IMG/VR virus record: IMGVR_UViG_3300029288_005871
Span: 18,384 to 82,383 of that record
DNA from: a virus
Lineage: Duplodnaviria; Caudoviricetes
Strand: one strand, 5' to 3'
DNA length: 64,000 nucleotides
Numbering within the stretch: the stretch's first letter is position 1; every line of letters begins with the position of its first letter. The position numbers and the translations under genes were made by a program. The notes beneath the pieces were generated by a model. That model was not told the DNA's origin and searched no databases. It was given only the letters and a program-made list of their open reading frames with translations. This document shows, one piece after another, positions 1 to 10,328 of the stretch.

Positions 1-141
1 CTTCCTCAACCACTTCATCATTACCACCCTGATTGATGATAAAAAGGCGGTATGGATATTTAGTCCGCTCTTCCAAATACTTTAATGTTTGTTCTGTATA
101 AGCCTGTCGCAAAAAGCAGGTTATAAAGATATCTATTGGTT

Positions 142-432
142 TTACGTTTTCCATATTTCCCACCATTTCTTCTTTTTAATTTCCACTACCCCATGAAGCC
201 CTAATCTAGCTTGGCAATCCCAACATGGCCGAAAAACCCAATTAGGATTCATGTCATAAACCGCCTTTTCCTCATTACATAACCAACACATCAGGTTATG
301 CTGAACCGCTGGACCAGAATCCAACAGTTCTACATTTACTGACTTACCTAATTTAGTTACCCAATGTGTTTTACAGGTGTTTTTCTTTTTCATCTTTTCT
401 TTCCTATCTTTACTGCACCGCAAATTTTGCAA
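142..432 (-). CDS. hypothetical protein with Cys motifs
   Basis: ORF track; CWLC...CWDC pairs suggest Zn binding. Confidence 0.55.
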   Translation of the reverse strand: MQNLRCSKDRKEKMKKKNTCKTHWVTKLGKSVNVELLDSGPAVQHNLMCWLCNEEKAVYDMNPNWVFRPCWDCQARLGLHGVVEIKKKKWWEIWKT

Positions 433-680
433 TTGCCTTTTTCGTCTGGATCATGTCCGTTTATGCTAGTACAAGTATCACAAACAAAATCTTTAATAGT
501 CATAATATTCTTATTCTCATCTATATTATCCATCCTCTTAATTTCAAACAATCCATAAATTGGTGGCATTGTTTTATAAACAACAAAATAGTCATCACCT
601 AACCATTTTCCAAATTTATCTAATTCTTCCTTAGAAAAACCTATTAAACTTTTATTGATTAAAACTACATATTTAGCCAT
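390..680 (-). CDS. hypothetical protein, C-terminal Zn-ribbon-like
   Basis: ORF track; CDTC...CKIC. Confidence 0.6.
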   Translation of the reverse strand: MAKYVVLINKSLIGFSKEELDKFGKWLGDDYFVVYKTMPPIYGLFEIKRMDNIDENKNIMTIKDFVCDTCTSINGHDPDEKGNCKICGAVKIGKKR

Positions 681-681
681 A

Positions 682-861
682 TTAATTTGTTAAATCATTA
701 GTAATCGCATTTGACTCATTCAATTCCCTTCTATCCCAACTCCTATGAACTACTATCCAACCATCTCCCACTCTTTCTACCTTCGGACAACAATCACAAA
801 ACTTGCTTTCCTGATGGTTATAAATATCATTTATAGGCCAGACATGCCAAGTATTTTTCAT
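682..861 (-). CDS. small hypothetical protein (59 aa, not in ORF track)
   Basis: Hand translation MKNTWHVWPINDIYNHQESKFCDCCPK...VVHRSWDRRE; fills the gap between neighbours and overlaps the GT2 stop by 4 nt. Confidence 0.65.
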   Translation of the reverse strand: MKNTWHVWPINDIYNHQESKFCDCCPKVERVGDGWIVVHRSWDRRELNESNAITNDLTN

Positions 862-1679
862 TTTTGGTATACAAAATATAAATAAAAATCTACTGGTAAA
901 CTATGATATTTCCTTGTGTATTTGTACCAAATGTAAAAATCGTTTCCCATCGGATTACCCAACTCCTTAACAAACTTTTTTCCTCTTTCTTCTACGTCAA
1001 CTTGAAAAAATGATCTAATCTCAGGAAACTCCAATTGTGCCATACAAGAAAAATCCCACGGACTACAGGCTGACAATTCCCCCCTCCGATGATAAATCTT
1101 CTCCATCTCATCCTGATTTTCTGGCGTAAAGTTTCCATGAGGGAACCCGCCTAACTCTTCATAAACGCTACGGTGGAAAATAAATGTCCCATTGACTATT
1201 TTGCCACCCCCAAAGATTTCATGTCCTACCGCCTCTTTAGTAGGCGCAAACGGCCCTCTGGTAGTCATCTTACCATCCTTATGGATATAAATTGCCCCGA
1301 AATTAAACATTTTATAATCTGGATTTTCATTTATGATTTTAGCTAAAATCTGCAAGGCATAAGGGGAAAGTTGATCATCAGAGTCTAAAAAAACAAACCA
1401 GTCATTCTTAGCTAACAGCATGGCTTCATAATAACAGTTTATCCTCTCCAGATGGAGAGGATTACTTATTATATTCAGCCAAGGATAAAGTAGCTTCATC
1501 CCTTTCTTTTCTTCCTCAGTTAAAGGCAAAGTTGACCCATCCTCATAAACAATATGCTCAAATTTACTAGATGGATAAGTTTGTCCCGCTATACTATAGA
1601 TAGCCCTAAATAACCCTTGCTTACGGTCATCACTGTATAAAAAAACAGGGGTTATTATAGAAAAAGTCGGTTCACTCAT
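858..1679 (-). CDS. glycosyltransferase family 2
   Basis: FSIITPVF start, VYEDGS, FLDSDD (DxD). Confidence 0.9.
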   Translation of the reverse strand: MSEPTFSIITPVFLYSDDRKQGLFRAIYSIAGQTYPSSKFEHIVYEDGSTLPLTEEEKKGMKLLYPWLNIISNPLHLERINCYYEAMLLAKNDWFVFLDSDDQLSPYALQILAKIINENPDYKMFNFGAIYIHKDGKMTTRGPFAPTKEAVGHEIFGGGKIVNGTFIFHRSVYEELGGFPHGNFTPENQDEMEKIYHRRGELSACSPWDFSCMAQLEFPEIRSFFQVDVEERGKKFVKELGNPMGNDFYIWYKYTRKYHSLPVDFYLYFVYQK

Positions 1680-2473
1680 TTTGACTCTTTAATTAATCCT
1701 TCATTAATTTTCTCTGCCACATTTAAAAGGCTTAATCCTTCTGGATGATATTTACTGACAAAAGATTTTAGATCTTTCCTTAAACAATGGCCTCCAAATC
1801 CCCTGTATCCTCCCTGCCAAACATCCCACCCGTTTTTACTCCCCCATTTATGAGCCTCCAAAGTTTTTTTTACCTGTTCATAATTTGCACCTGATTTTTT
1901 AGCCACATCAAAAATCTGGTTGGCATAAATAACTTTCAAGGCAAAAAAGCAATTCATGGAATATTTTATAAGTTCAGCCGTAGTCGGATCACAAAGAATA
2001 AACCTTTTATTATAAACCAGATTACCAGTAAATATTTCTTTCAATTTTTCCCTGATAATAAGGTTTCTACAGCCAATCACTATAAATTCAGGATACAACT
2101 CATCCTCAATCGCCGTTGCCTCTGTCAAAAATTCAGGAATATGGGCTATTTCCAACTTGTATTTTTTAGATAGATAATCCGTAGTTCCAGGAAGAATAGT
2201 AGAACGGATAATAACTATTGGCTTTGTTTGTACCTTATTTTTGATAAATTTAAGCCAGTAATGAATTGCCTGAAGATCCTGCTCACCATTATTCTTTGTA
2301 AGTGTCGGCAAACAAAGAAAAAAATGTTTTTTTCTGGTTAATTCATCAATATCAATATTACCACTATCCTTGTTATAATAATCAGGAATTTTTAAAGCAT
2401 AGCTGGTAGCTTGACCGACTACACCATAACCGATTATCACTGATTTATAAGCTTGTATATCTTTCATATTCAA
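1676..2473 (-). CDS. UDP-glucose/GDP-mannose dehydrogenase family, lacking the C-terminal UDP-binding domain
   Basis: GYGVVG, IRSTILPG, PEFL, AELIKY..N.F.A.K, GFGGHCL.KD. Confidence 0.85.
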   Translation of the reverse strand: MNMKDIQAYKSVIIGYGVVGQATSYALKIPDYYNKDSGNIDIDELTRKKHFFLCLPTLTKNNGEQDLQAIHYWLKFIKNKVQTKPIVIIRSTILPGTTDYLSKKYKLEIAHIPEFLTEATAIEDELYPEFIVIGCRNLIIREKLKEIFTGNLVYNKRFILCDPTTAELIKYSMNCFFALKVIYANQIFDVAKKSGANYEQVKKTLEAHKWGSKNGWDVWQGGYRGFGGHCLRKDLKSFVSKYHPEGLSLLNVAEKINEGLIKESK

Positions 2474-3771
2474 TCATTTGAGTAAAAAATGGGCTCAATT
2501 TCATTTTTAAAAATCCACATCGGGTTTCTATATCTTTTTAATCTCTTCTGCTGTGCCAATACCATATTATTCTCTATCTCATACTTTATCCGCATCGCCA
2601 CATCATGATAAAACCCATGCTCATCACTATAAGTAGTGGAAATATCACCATCTAACCCGTCAAAACCGATATTTGAGGAAAACTGCTTATAAATAGCATG
2701 TCGGCCATAAATATCCCTGAACGGAGCAAAATCATGGTTCAAAACGAGTAAGTTGCCCAAAAGTGCCGCTTCCTGAGCTACCAGAGAATAAGTCTCGCTT
2801 TTACTAGGCATAATAAATACATTTGAAAGTTCCATCAGGTCATGTACCGCTTTATTAGGTATACTCACATGCCAACTTTCATGGAATTCCGAAGTAAATG
2901 TCAAATCCTGATCATTTAAACCCCAATCTATAGCTATCTGGTGCAAATCTTTACGGTAAGTTACCTTATCCCCGCCAGTCGAATGGAAATCACAAACTAC
3001 TACCCTTACAGAATAGTTCAGTTTTTTCAGCTCTGCCATAGTCTTTATCACTACTTCTACCTGTTTACCCCTGTCTAACCTAACAGGGTATATAGCCATA
3101 GCATCGGCATTAAATAAATTTTTCTCCATTGCCAATTGCGTTACCATCGGTTCCCATTTACCAAAGCTCGGCAGGTTAGTAGAATGATGAACCACTTTTA
3201 CTTGGTCTTCCTCATAACCAAAGTTTCTGGCAACTCTTGGAATAGAATAAGAATTAGGGAAAATGACAAAACTATTAGGAAAACGGGTAGCTATGACATC
3301 AAAATAAGCATCACCCTGTTTCAGTTCCTTGCCTAAAGTATAAGGGGAAGTAGCTGAATGTACCCAATGAAGCCACCTGATTTTTTTGATATGCTCGTCT
3401 TCATCTATCGCTTTTCTGGCGGCAAAATTAAGTTTTAAACTTTCTGGCTGATAAATCAAGTCATGAGTTAAAACAACATCAACATCTTTTAAATTCTCAA
3501 CCAATGCCACTTTCAACTTTTCCACATCATCTTTAAATGTGGCATCTACCGCTTCATTTATATAATTACTACAAGGGACTACAGGAATATACCGCAGTTT
3601 TACTTGGGGAAGTTCATAGACATCTTCCCTCCTGAATCCCGCCTTGACAATTACTACCGGCTCATATCCGCCAGCAACCAGCATCCGTATCTGGTTTGCC
3701 ACTACGCCACATAAAGAATAACTACCGTCATGTGAAGTGAACGAAGTCAAAATTGCTACAACCTTAGACAT
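2470..3771 (-). CDS. glycosyltransferase family 4 (GT-B)
   Basis: VFIMPSKSETYSLVAQEA motif; WVHS. Confidence 0.85.
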   Translation of the reverse strand: MSKVVAILTSFTSHDGSYSLCGVVANQIRMLVAGGYEPVVIVKAGFRREDVYELPQVKLRYIPVVPCSNYINEAVDATFKDDVEKLKVALVENLKDVDVVLTHDLIYQPESLKLNFAARKAIDEDEHIKKIRWLHWVHSATSPYTLGKELKQGDAYFDVIATRFPNSFVIFPNSYSIPRVARNFGYEEDQVKVVHHSTNLPSFGKWEPMVTQLAMEKNLFNADAMAIYPVRLDRGKQVEVVIKTMAELKKLNYSVRVVVCDFHSTGGDKVTYRKDLHQIAIDWGLNDQDLTFTSEFHESWHVSIPNKAVHDLMELSNVFIMPSKSETYSLVAQEAALLGNLLVLNHDFAPFRDIYGRHAIYKQFSSNIGFDGLDGDISTTYSDEHGFYHDVAMRIKYEIENNMVLAQQKRLKRYRNPMWIFKNEIEPIFYSND

Positions 3772-3797
3772 TTTTACTCCTTTAATTAATTTATTAA

Positions 3798-3947
3798 TTA
3801 TTGTTTAACCTGCTGTGAAGGTTCTAACTCCTGAGTCAAAGTGCTTGGTACTGGTTTTACCTCCACTTTCTCCGGTTGGCTGTTAAGCTTTGGTTTTTCG
3901 TAATTAGGAACTTTTACATCTTTTGGTCTATCCTGAATATCTGCCAT
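3798..3947 (-). CDS. small hypothetical protein (49 aa, not in track)
   Basis: RBS GGAGGTGA then MADIQDRPKDVKVPNYEKP... Confidence 0.6.
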   Translation of the reverse strand: MADIQDRPKDVKVPNYEKPKLNSQPEKVEVKPVPSTLTQELEPSQQVKQ

Positions 3948-3990
3948 AAATTATCACCTCCCCTATTGTTAACATAACAACATATAAATA

Positions 3991-4449
3991 TCAAGCCTGA
4001 ATTATCCCTAAAACGGTTGTGCCGGATATTGTCACTACTGACACAGGTTTATTTACCCAAACCTTCTCCATAACCTCACCTGAATCCAACCGATAACCGC
4101 CATTCCTGCCAGTTGTTAAATAACATTCTATCCTGCCTTGGTTCTTAAAAGTAGCAAACCTACCACTACTTATATCCTTAAAAAGAGCCACAGGCTCAGT
4201 TGAAACAGACACTTCAGCAATTATTGTTTCGTGCATTGAAATTTTCACAAAATCCACCAGATAGTCACGAAAATCATTCAAAAAGTCAAAATAAATATGT
4301 TTTAAATCACTTCTTCTTTTGATGGATTCACTGACTTCTTTATTATTGTCTAAATCACTATACATTTGTTCATTCATTAACATCATTCTCCTGTCCAAAT
4401 AGCTCCTTCTATTGTCGTTGGTAATACTGGCAATAGGAAACATCGGCAA
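3991..4449 (-). CDS. hypothetical protein
   Basis: ORF track, operon context. Confidence 0.6.
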   Translation of the reverse strand: MPMFPIASITNDNRRSYLDRRMMLMNEQMYSDLDNNKEVSESIKRRSDLKHIYFDFLNDFRDYLVDFVKISMHETIIAEVSVSTEPVALFKDISSGRFATFKNQGRIECYLTTGRNGGYRLDSGEVMEKVWVNKPVSVVTISGTTVLGIIQA

Positions 4450-6389
4450 TTTAGATGTTGAATAGGAGCAGTTACTCCACCTGGAAATTCATCCCCAACT
4501 TTTATTGACCCAACTGCCTCATTTACTAAGCAGATTTCACAATTGTGAACTACCATTCCATTTACAGTATAACTTTGATCTTCCTCTACAGTTAAATTAT
4601 AAACTATTTGTCCTGGAAAATTTTTTGTTCTTGGTTTAAGTTGCCACTTATCTAGTTTTCTAATTGCAATTGGCAAGATACAATTCAACTGTTTAATTTT
4701 ACTAGCTACTTCAAAAAAATTATTTCTAATTTGTTGACTAGAAAATCTTAATATATTTATTCCATTTTCCTTAAACCATTGATCTTTTTCTTCATCTTTT
4801 TTTTGGATATCTTTCAAATTATGAAAAAACCCATCACATTCTATAACAGTCTTTATTGATGGTAAATAAAAATCCGCCCATCCCCATTTACCATTATATT
4901 TATAAAACCATTGAGGAATAAAATTTATATTTTCTTTTATTAAAAACCATCTCATTTTCTTTTCTATAAAAGTATATCCAAGATGATTTTTACCTAAAGA
5001 TTTATGAGCAAGTTTTAACACTTCTTCTTTCCTTTTTTTATCACCATTAATTATTTTAAATGGATGATTAGGATATTTAGCTGTCCTACAATTATTTCTT
5101 ATATATATTTCTCTAAATTTTTCTTCACTATTCCATCTTTTTTTTATTGTTTCTGATGCCTTCTTTCTGGCTAAAACATATTTATATGGGTTTTTAATTA
5201 AATCAATCATCTGAGCTTTCTTCATTAATTTTACTTTTTTATACTTTTTATTAAACATTATTAATCTTTCTTTCTCTCCTTCTCTTTTCCACTTTTTCTT
5301 ATTAAACTTTTTTGTAGAACAAGAATTACATATACTACTAGTGAAAGGAATAATTTTCCCACAGATACATTTTTTCCCTATAAAATAAACCATGTCAGAA
5401 GATAATAAAGATTTAGCCTCACACCATATATCTTTTCCCTCTCTTTTTATTAAAATTGGATGTTCATCTGTTACAGTCATTTTTGCCCCACTTCTACAAA
5501 TACCTCTTGTTTTTAAAAATATCCTTACTACTTTACCTGTATACGATCTTTTGAATTTTTTTATTACTTTTTTATATCTATCTTTATGTGTTAAAACAAA
5601 ATCACCAATTTCAATATCTTTTATATTTTTAAAACCGTTTAATGTAGAAACTTTTGCATTCCCTCCTAGAATACAAGTCCTTTCATCCTCGCTCGTCACC
5701 CATTTATGTTTCTCAATTTTATTCCTTTTATAAGTTTCCAGTTCTACCATCCCCATCGCATTCCCTAATTCCGTTTCAGTTATCAACTGTGACCTTTCCC
5801 TAATCATCTTTTCGCTTTCTTTCTTTAAATATTTGGTTATTTCCTCAGTTGTCAAACCTAAAGCCAATCCCTCTTCTAAAACATTAACCACCCATCTCTG
5901 GGTGGTCTTATCAACCACACCTGTTAAAAAATCAGCCCTTTGTGACAGTTTATTTTGGATCTCTAAATTATTCAACTCAAAATTATGGTCAGGTATCATC
6001 TTTTCCAAAGCTGATTTTCCTCCCTGACTGCCCGCCCAAAGCAGGAAAGTTAAAATAGTAGCCTTCTCACCATCTAACTGCTCACTTAAAGCCAGCCAGA
6101 TTAACCCTAACCCCACTAATAAGTTTGGGTTTTCAATCTTTTGTCTCTCACCGATTAAACCTTGGATTTTATCAACTGTCGCCACATGGCTGATTTGTCT
6201 CTTTAAAGCTTTTTCTATTTTGTTTTTAAATTCTTCAGCTTCTTTCTTCTTTAAAGCCTGATGCAAAAAAATATTTATACCTGCGGCATAAAAATACCTT
6301 TGTAAAGATCTTTTAACCAGTCGCAAAGCATCGGGAGGCTGATTCAACAGAGTTTTTTTGTCCGTCAAGGATGTTATCAATTTCATCAT
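4383..6389 (-). CDS. head morphogenesis protein (SPP1 gp7/Mu F-like) with intein
   Basis: Downstream of portal; A.LI.ETEL..A, WVTSEDERT|C..C and PIQHLNCRC motifs. Confidence 0.85.
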   Translation of the reverse strand: MMKLITSLTDKKTLLNQPPDALRLVKRSLQRYFYAAGINIFLHQALKKKEAEEFKNKIEKALKRQISHVATVDKIQGLIGERQKIENPNLLVGLGLIWLALSEQLDGEKATILTFLLWAGSQGGKSALEKMIPDHNFELNNLEIQNKLSQRADFLTGVVDKTTQRWVVNVLEEGLALGLTTEEITKYLKKESEKMIRERSQLITETELGNAMGMVELETYKRNKIEKHKWVTSEDERTCILGGNAKVSTLNGFKNIKDIEIGDFVLTHKDRYKKVIKKFKRSYTGKVVRIFLKTRGICRSGAKMTVTDEHPILIKREGKDIWCEAKSLLSSDMVYFIGKKCICGKIIPFTSSICNSCSTKKFNKKKWKREGEKERLIMFNKKYKKVKLMKKAQMIDLIKNPYKYVLARKKASETIKKRWNSEEKFREIYIRNNCRTAKYPNHPFKIINGDKKRKEEVLKLAHKSLGKNHLGYTFIEKKMRWFLIKENINFIPQWFYKYNGKWGWADFYLPSIKTVIECDGFFHNLKDIQKKDEEKDQWFKENGINILRFSSQQIRNNFFEVASKIKQLNCILPIAIRKLDKWQLKPRTKNFPGQIVYNLTVEEDQSYTVNGMVVHNCEICLVNEAVGSIKVGDEFPGGVTAPIQHLNCRCFLLPVLPTTIEGAIWTGE
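4542..5675 (-). mobile_element. intein (378 aa) with DUF559/Vsr-like endonuclease
   Basis: Begins CILGGNAKV, ends VYNLTV...VVHN followed by Cys; internal DFY...VIECDG..H...KD..KD.W...G..ILRF. Confidence 0.9.
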
Positions 6390-8079
6390 ATAAATTCATT
6401 AAATGAACATCATCCCGATATTCAGAATTTATTAATGGAGCAAAAACCATATCTATTTCTTCCCTAGTCTTTGCATTTGACAGACCACTCTTTATTATCA
6501 CTTGGGTATGATCATCTAAAATATCTGTTTTAAACAGACGGGGAGACTTACCGTTTTTCCAGTCATTTATGGCAGCTTTTCTCCATTTCCTTAACTCTTC
6601 CATTTTATCCCGCTTCTGGTAGGCTACCGAAGGGACATTAGGAGTTACCATCGCTTCGCCTGATGGCGGTTTTTTTTCATCTGTCGGAGCAGTCTGTCCT
6701 GCCGGTTTATAAGGAAGTATCGGCATCTGGCCAGCATCACTTTGGCGAGCTAGGTCTTTAACAAAGATAGGTCCGATTGGAGTCATAAATAGCGGGTCTT
6801 TTGCTCCAGTCGGAGGTAATCCCTGTCTTAACCGCCATTCATCAACAGCCAACATACCACCTTGGATCATATCCCTTACCGCCTTTACTTCTTCCGGCTT
6901 GGTCGCCAAACTGATATTAGTCCAACTGAATTCTAACTCTGGATGCCCCAAATCTTCCTGGATTATTTTATCTATTAATTCATTAATAAATATTGATGTC
7001 GGATAAAGACTCCTCTCCCGATCCTGGTTAACAGAAGTAGTTGAAGTCGCCCTATTGGTGTCAAAAGTAAAACCTATAGAGCTTGGTGCTACCCCGAAAA
7101 CGCTACACGTATTGAGTAACAACCACTTCTCAAACCTTTCAAAAGTCATATCGGACATTTTTACTGTCGGCTCGTATTTCATTCCTTCTGGCAAAAACTT
7201 TAATTTTCGTTGGAATCTCGGATCACCAGACAACATCGCATCCCAAGCATCCTGCCAAGCTTTTAACTGATCCCTTGAAGAAGCAATATCCCGTGGTACT
7301 TCCACAAACCCCTCCGGTACATTCCCCTCAACGAGACTGGCAAGATTATAGGCTTGTACTTTCAATGCCGTAGTTACTGTAATTATCAAAGATTCCAATG
7401 GGGCAAAACCAAACGGGGTATAAGTTCGGGGATTCATCATTGTATATAAAAGCTCGTCAGTAGTCAGTCTGGCTATTTCCTGTCCTCTTACCCTTTGCAC
7501 ATAAGCTGCTTTATCATCTGCCGGAGTAGTACCATCGTTTTCCAATACCAAATCAATAGTTGCCGCATCAACTGGTAAATAACCAATTACATCGCCTTTC
7601 CTGTTCCTTTTCCGGTATAAAGCGACAGCATCTATAACAAATAGGTCTTCCAAAAGAGTCTTTAACCATGTATGGAAAGTCCTGTTTTTATCGCCTTGAG
7701 GCCGTTTCAAAAAATCAGTTATTTTTTTGCAGTTTGTAACATTAGTTTTATCATTTAAAGTCTCACTGGATAAATCAATCGGGACAATCTTCCAGTCAAG
7801 CTGCATTATCTGCGATTTTCTATACTCAATACATGACCTAGCTATAGGATAATAATTGGAAAAATCACGCAAAATCCTGAAAGAAACACCTAGAGGAAAA
7901 GATTTTCGCAGTCCTCCGCCTGGATAAGGCAAGTTCACTTGCTGGGGATATAAAGAAACTAATAAATCAGATGGTCCTGCTCCTTTATTAAGTCTGGCGG
8001 CAACACGACTCTCAACAATTTTATCAATTGTTTCACCGCTTGCTTTTAAAATAATGCCGCTTTTTAAGGGCAGCTCCAT
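6313..8079 (-). CDS. portal protein
   Basis: Follows terminase; GYLPVDAATI, GFAPLES, NTCSVFGVAP portal-like motifs. Confidence 0.9.
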   Translation of the reverse strand: MELPLKSGIILKASGETIDKIVESRVAARLNKGAGPSDLLVSLYPQQVNLPYPGGGLRKSFPLGVSFRILRDFSNYYPIARSCIEYRKSQIMQLDWKIVPIDLSSETLNDKTNVTNCKKITDFLKRPQGDKNRTFHTWLKTLLEDLFVIDAVALYRKRNRKGDVIGYLPVDAATIDLVLENDGTTPADDKAAYVQRVRGQEIARLTTDELLYTMMNPRTYTPFGFAPLESLIITVTTALKVQAYNLASLVEGNVPEGFVEVPRDIASSRDQLKAWQDAWDAMLSGDPRFQRKLKFLPEGMKYEPTVKMSDMTFERFEKWLLLNTCSVFGVAPSSIGFTFDTNRATSTTSVNQDRERSLYPTSIFINELIDKIIQEDLGHPELEFSWTNISLATKPEEVKAVRDMIQGGMLAVDEWRLRQGLPPTGAKDPLFMTPIGPIFVKDLARQSDAGQMPILPYKPAGQTAPTDEKKPPSGEAMVTPNVPSVAYQKRDKMEELRKWRKAAINDWKNGKSPRLFKTDILDDHTQVIIKSGLSNAKTREEIDMVFAPLINSEYRDDVHLMNLYDEIDNILDGQKNSVESASRCFATG

Positions 8080-8080
8080 A

Positions 8081-9880
8081 TTAAAATATCCTCTCTCCCT
8101 GCAACTTTACCCACCTAGCAATCCCCCATAAATTATTGGGGTTTAATTGATCAGGTGAATTATGTTCTTCGCCATACGATTCCAAAAGTGCCTGTCCAAC
8201 CCCGCCTTTTAATAAAGCAACCCTATTATAACAGCTGGCATGCATAAAATGATCAGGACCGTTTGGCACCCACTTGGCTACTGTATGACCACTCCTTTCA
8301 TCCATTATTGTCCGTCTAATAGATGAAGTGAGATGTTCATAAAATTCAGGGATATACTTTGCGTTTACAGGTAAGATTATCAACTGTCCCTGTATCTCAC
8401 TTATAAGATAGTCTAATGAAATAGTCCTGTCAAGATACACTTCAGCCTTAAAATCATCAAAAATATAATATTCCTGGACATTAAACTTCCTCATCGGGTA
8501 ATAAGCAGCATATACTTTATTAGGAAACTTTTCTATCAGTTCCCGTACTTTTCTGGTATCAGGATTAGCATCAATCACTAAAACCTGTATATTAAACCTT
8601 TTCATCAAATCTTCCAAAGAATCAGTCGGCCCGAAAAAATCCTTAACTGTCCCGATCCACAGGTATTTATTTTTATTCCCTTCCTTCTGGCTGATAACCA
8701 CATGGATAACATTACCCACGTCAGCACCAGCATAACAACCGCTACCACCTGTCACCATCTCATGTTTTCCCACACAGGCGTTCAAATCACCAATCAATAC
8801 TTTCTGCCCCTCCGCCTCATAAGGAATACCTAATACTTGGTTATAAAACTGCTGCAAAAAAGATATGCCGCTGGCATTAGCCTTTTCATAAGAATCAATT
8901 AGTTCTTCAATTGTCCGTCTGGGATTTAATATTCCACTTATCCTGTACCCATGAACTTCGGTATTTGCAGGATTCTGGACAACCCACCTGCCCATCTTAA
9001 ACCTGTCAATCGGTTTTTTACAGTTTCTGCAAACCACCTTTTTCTTCTCAAAATCAATATTAAAGAAAAAATCTATCTCCTGTTCAAGTTTACAGTTGTC
9101 ACAAGTCAGCATCCATACCCTCTGGTCGCTGTTTATATATGCCTCATTTATCCCTGTTCCAGGAAAAGTAGGAGTTGATGCTTCCCTACGCCATTTAAGC
9201 TCAGAATGCAAAAGCCTTTTATCAATATACGGCACATGCTCTTGGACGAAACGATCCCTCTCATCTAGGTAAATACAATCGGCATCCACAGTAATTATTT
9301 GCTGCTGGTTTTGGCTACCACGCAAATATAAAAACCCTTTACCGATCTGTTTCAAACCTACTTTCTTAACTTTATCCTTTTCATCAATATTTCTCTTTTT
9401 CTTCTCATCAGAAGTCAACACGCCAGTTATACGGGATAAATAATCAGACTGCATGAAAACCGGCTCAAGCCTTGCCTGGACAAAATCGTTTAATTGGGAA
9501 CTGGTCGGAAAAGTATATAAAACATTCTTGTTTAACCTGTCACAAACCCACACAGCCTCAGAAATCAATCTTTCTGAAAAACCCATCTGTGCTGCTTTTT
9601 GATAAACTATACTTGGAAAATTATCTCTGTAAATATCTACGAGGTATTTATGGTCTTCAAAATCCAATGGTTCGCCTCTGGCAGTCAGCCAAACCACTTT
9701 AACCCAAGTAAAATAATCATCCAATTCCGTATCATTAAGTGTTTTGGCTACTCTGGTTTTCACCAGATTCTCCAGCTCGGCGAGTACGCTCTCGTCTGAT
9801 GTTTGCAAGTAATTTGATAAGTCCCTCATAATCAAGCTTGTCAAGCATATCGTCAAATTTTGTCTTTGGCAAGTTAACAT
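8081..9880 (-). CDS. terL: terminase large subunit (gpA-like ATPase + RNase H nuclease)
   Basis: QKAAQMGFSE Walker A, LDERD Walker B, Zn ribbon, GADVG/IDANP/DHFMHA nuclease motifs. Confidence 0.92.
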   Translation of the reverse strand: MLTCQRQNLTICLTSLIMRDLSNYLQTSDESVLAELENLVKTRVAKTLNDTELDDYFTWVKVVWLTARGEPLDFEDHKYLVDIYRDNFPSIVYQKAAQMGFSERLISEAVWVCDRLNKNVLYTFPTSSQLNDFVQARLEPVFMQSDYLSRITGVLTSDEKKKRNIDEKDKVKKVGLKQIGKGFLYLRGSQNQQQIITVDADCIYLDERDRFVQEHVPYIDKRLLHSELKWRREASTPTFPGTGINEAYINSDQRVWMLTCDNCKLEQEIDFFFNIDFEKKKVVCRNCKKPIDRFKMGRWVVQNPANTEVHGYRISGILNPRRTIEELIDSYEKANASGISFLQQFYNQVLGIPYEAEGQKVLIGDLNACVGKHEMVTGGSGCYAGADVGNVIHVVISQKEGNKNKYLWIGTVKDFFGPTDSLEDLMKRFNIQVLVIDANPDTRKVRELIEKFPNKVYAAYYPMRKFNVQEYYIFDDFKAEVYLDRTISLDYLISEIQGQLIILPVNAKYIPEFYEHLTSSIRRTIMDERSGHTVAKWVPNGPDHFMHASCYNRVALLKGGVGQALLESYGEEHNSPDQLNPNNLWGIARWVKLQGERIF

Positions 9881-10328
9881 TAACCTGGGTTAAAGATCCA
9901 GGAACCTTACTTGCCTGTCCATCTAAACCTAATGCTTTCCTTTCAATATTAATGCCAGTTTCTATCAATTTTCTAGCTTCATCTGCCGTTTCAGGTTCAA
10001 TTGTTTCCAAAGTCCTTAACCCCCGATGTTGTAAAAGCCTGCCAAGTTTTGCCTGACGCTCTGACAATATTCTGGGATTATTAGCCAGTTCCACCCTACC
10101 AGCTACTGGCACTATTTTACCAATATCATTATTCTCCATGGCCTTAACATTACTCTTCTGCTGTCTGTATTTTTCCTCATCCCATCCCTTCATTTTCGTC
10201 TTTAAATAGACGCTTTTAGCTAAACCTTTCTCCTCTAAATATTCATTTACCTTCATCCATGGACCATTGATAAATTCCTGCCGCATCTGGTCATAGTCAT
10301 ATTTTTTCTCAAACATACAATTCACCAC
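9735..10328 (-). CDS. putative terminase small subunit
   Basis: Immediately upstream of terL; N-terminal HTH-like region, helical middle. Confidence 0.6.
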   Translation of the reverse strand: MVNCMFEKKYDYDQMRQEFINGPWMKVNEYLEEKGLAKSVYLKTKMKGWDEEKYRQQKSNVKAMENNDIGKIVPVAGRVELANNPRILSERQAKLGRLLQHRGLRTLETIEPETADEARKLIETGINIERKALGLDGQASKVPGSLTQVNVNLPKTKFDDMLDKLDYEGLIKLLANIRRERTRRAGESGENQSSQNT

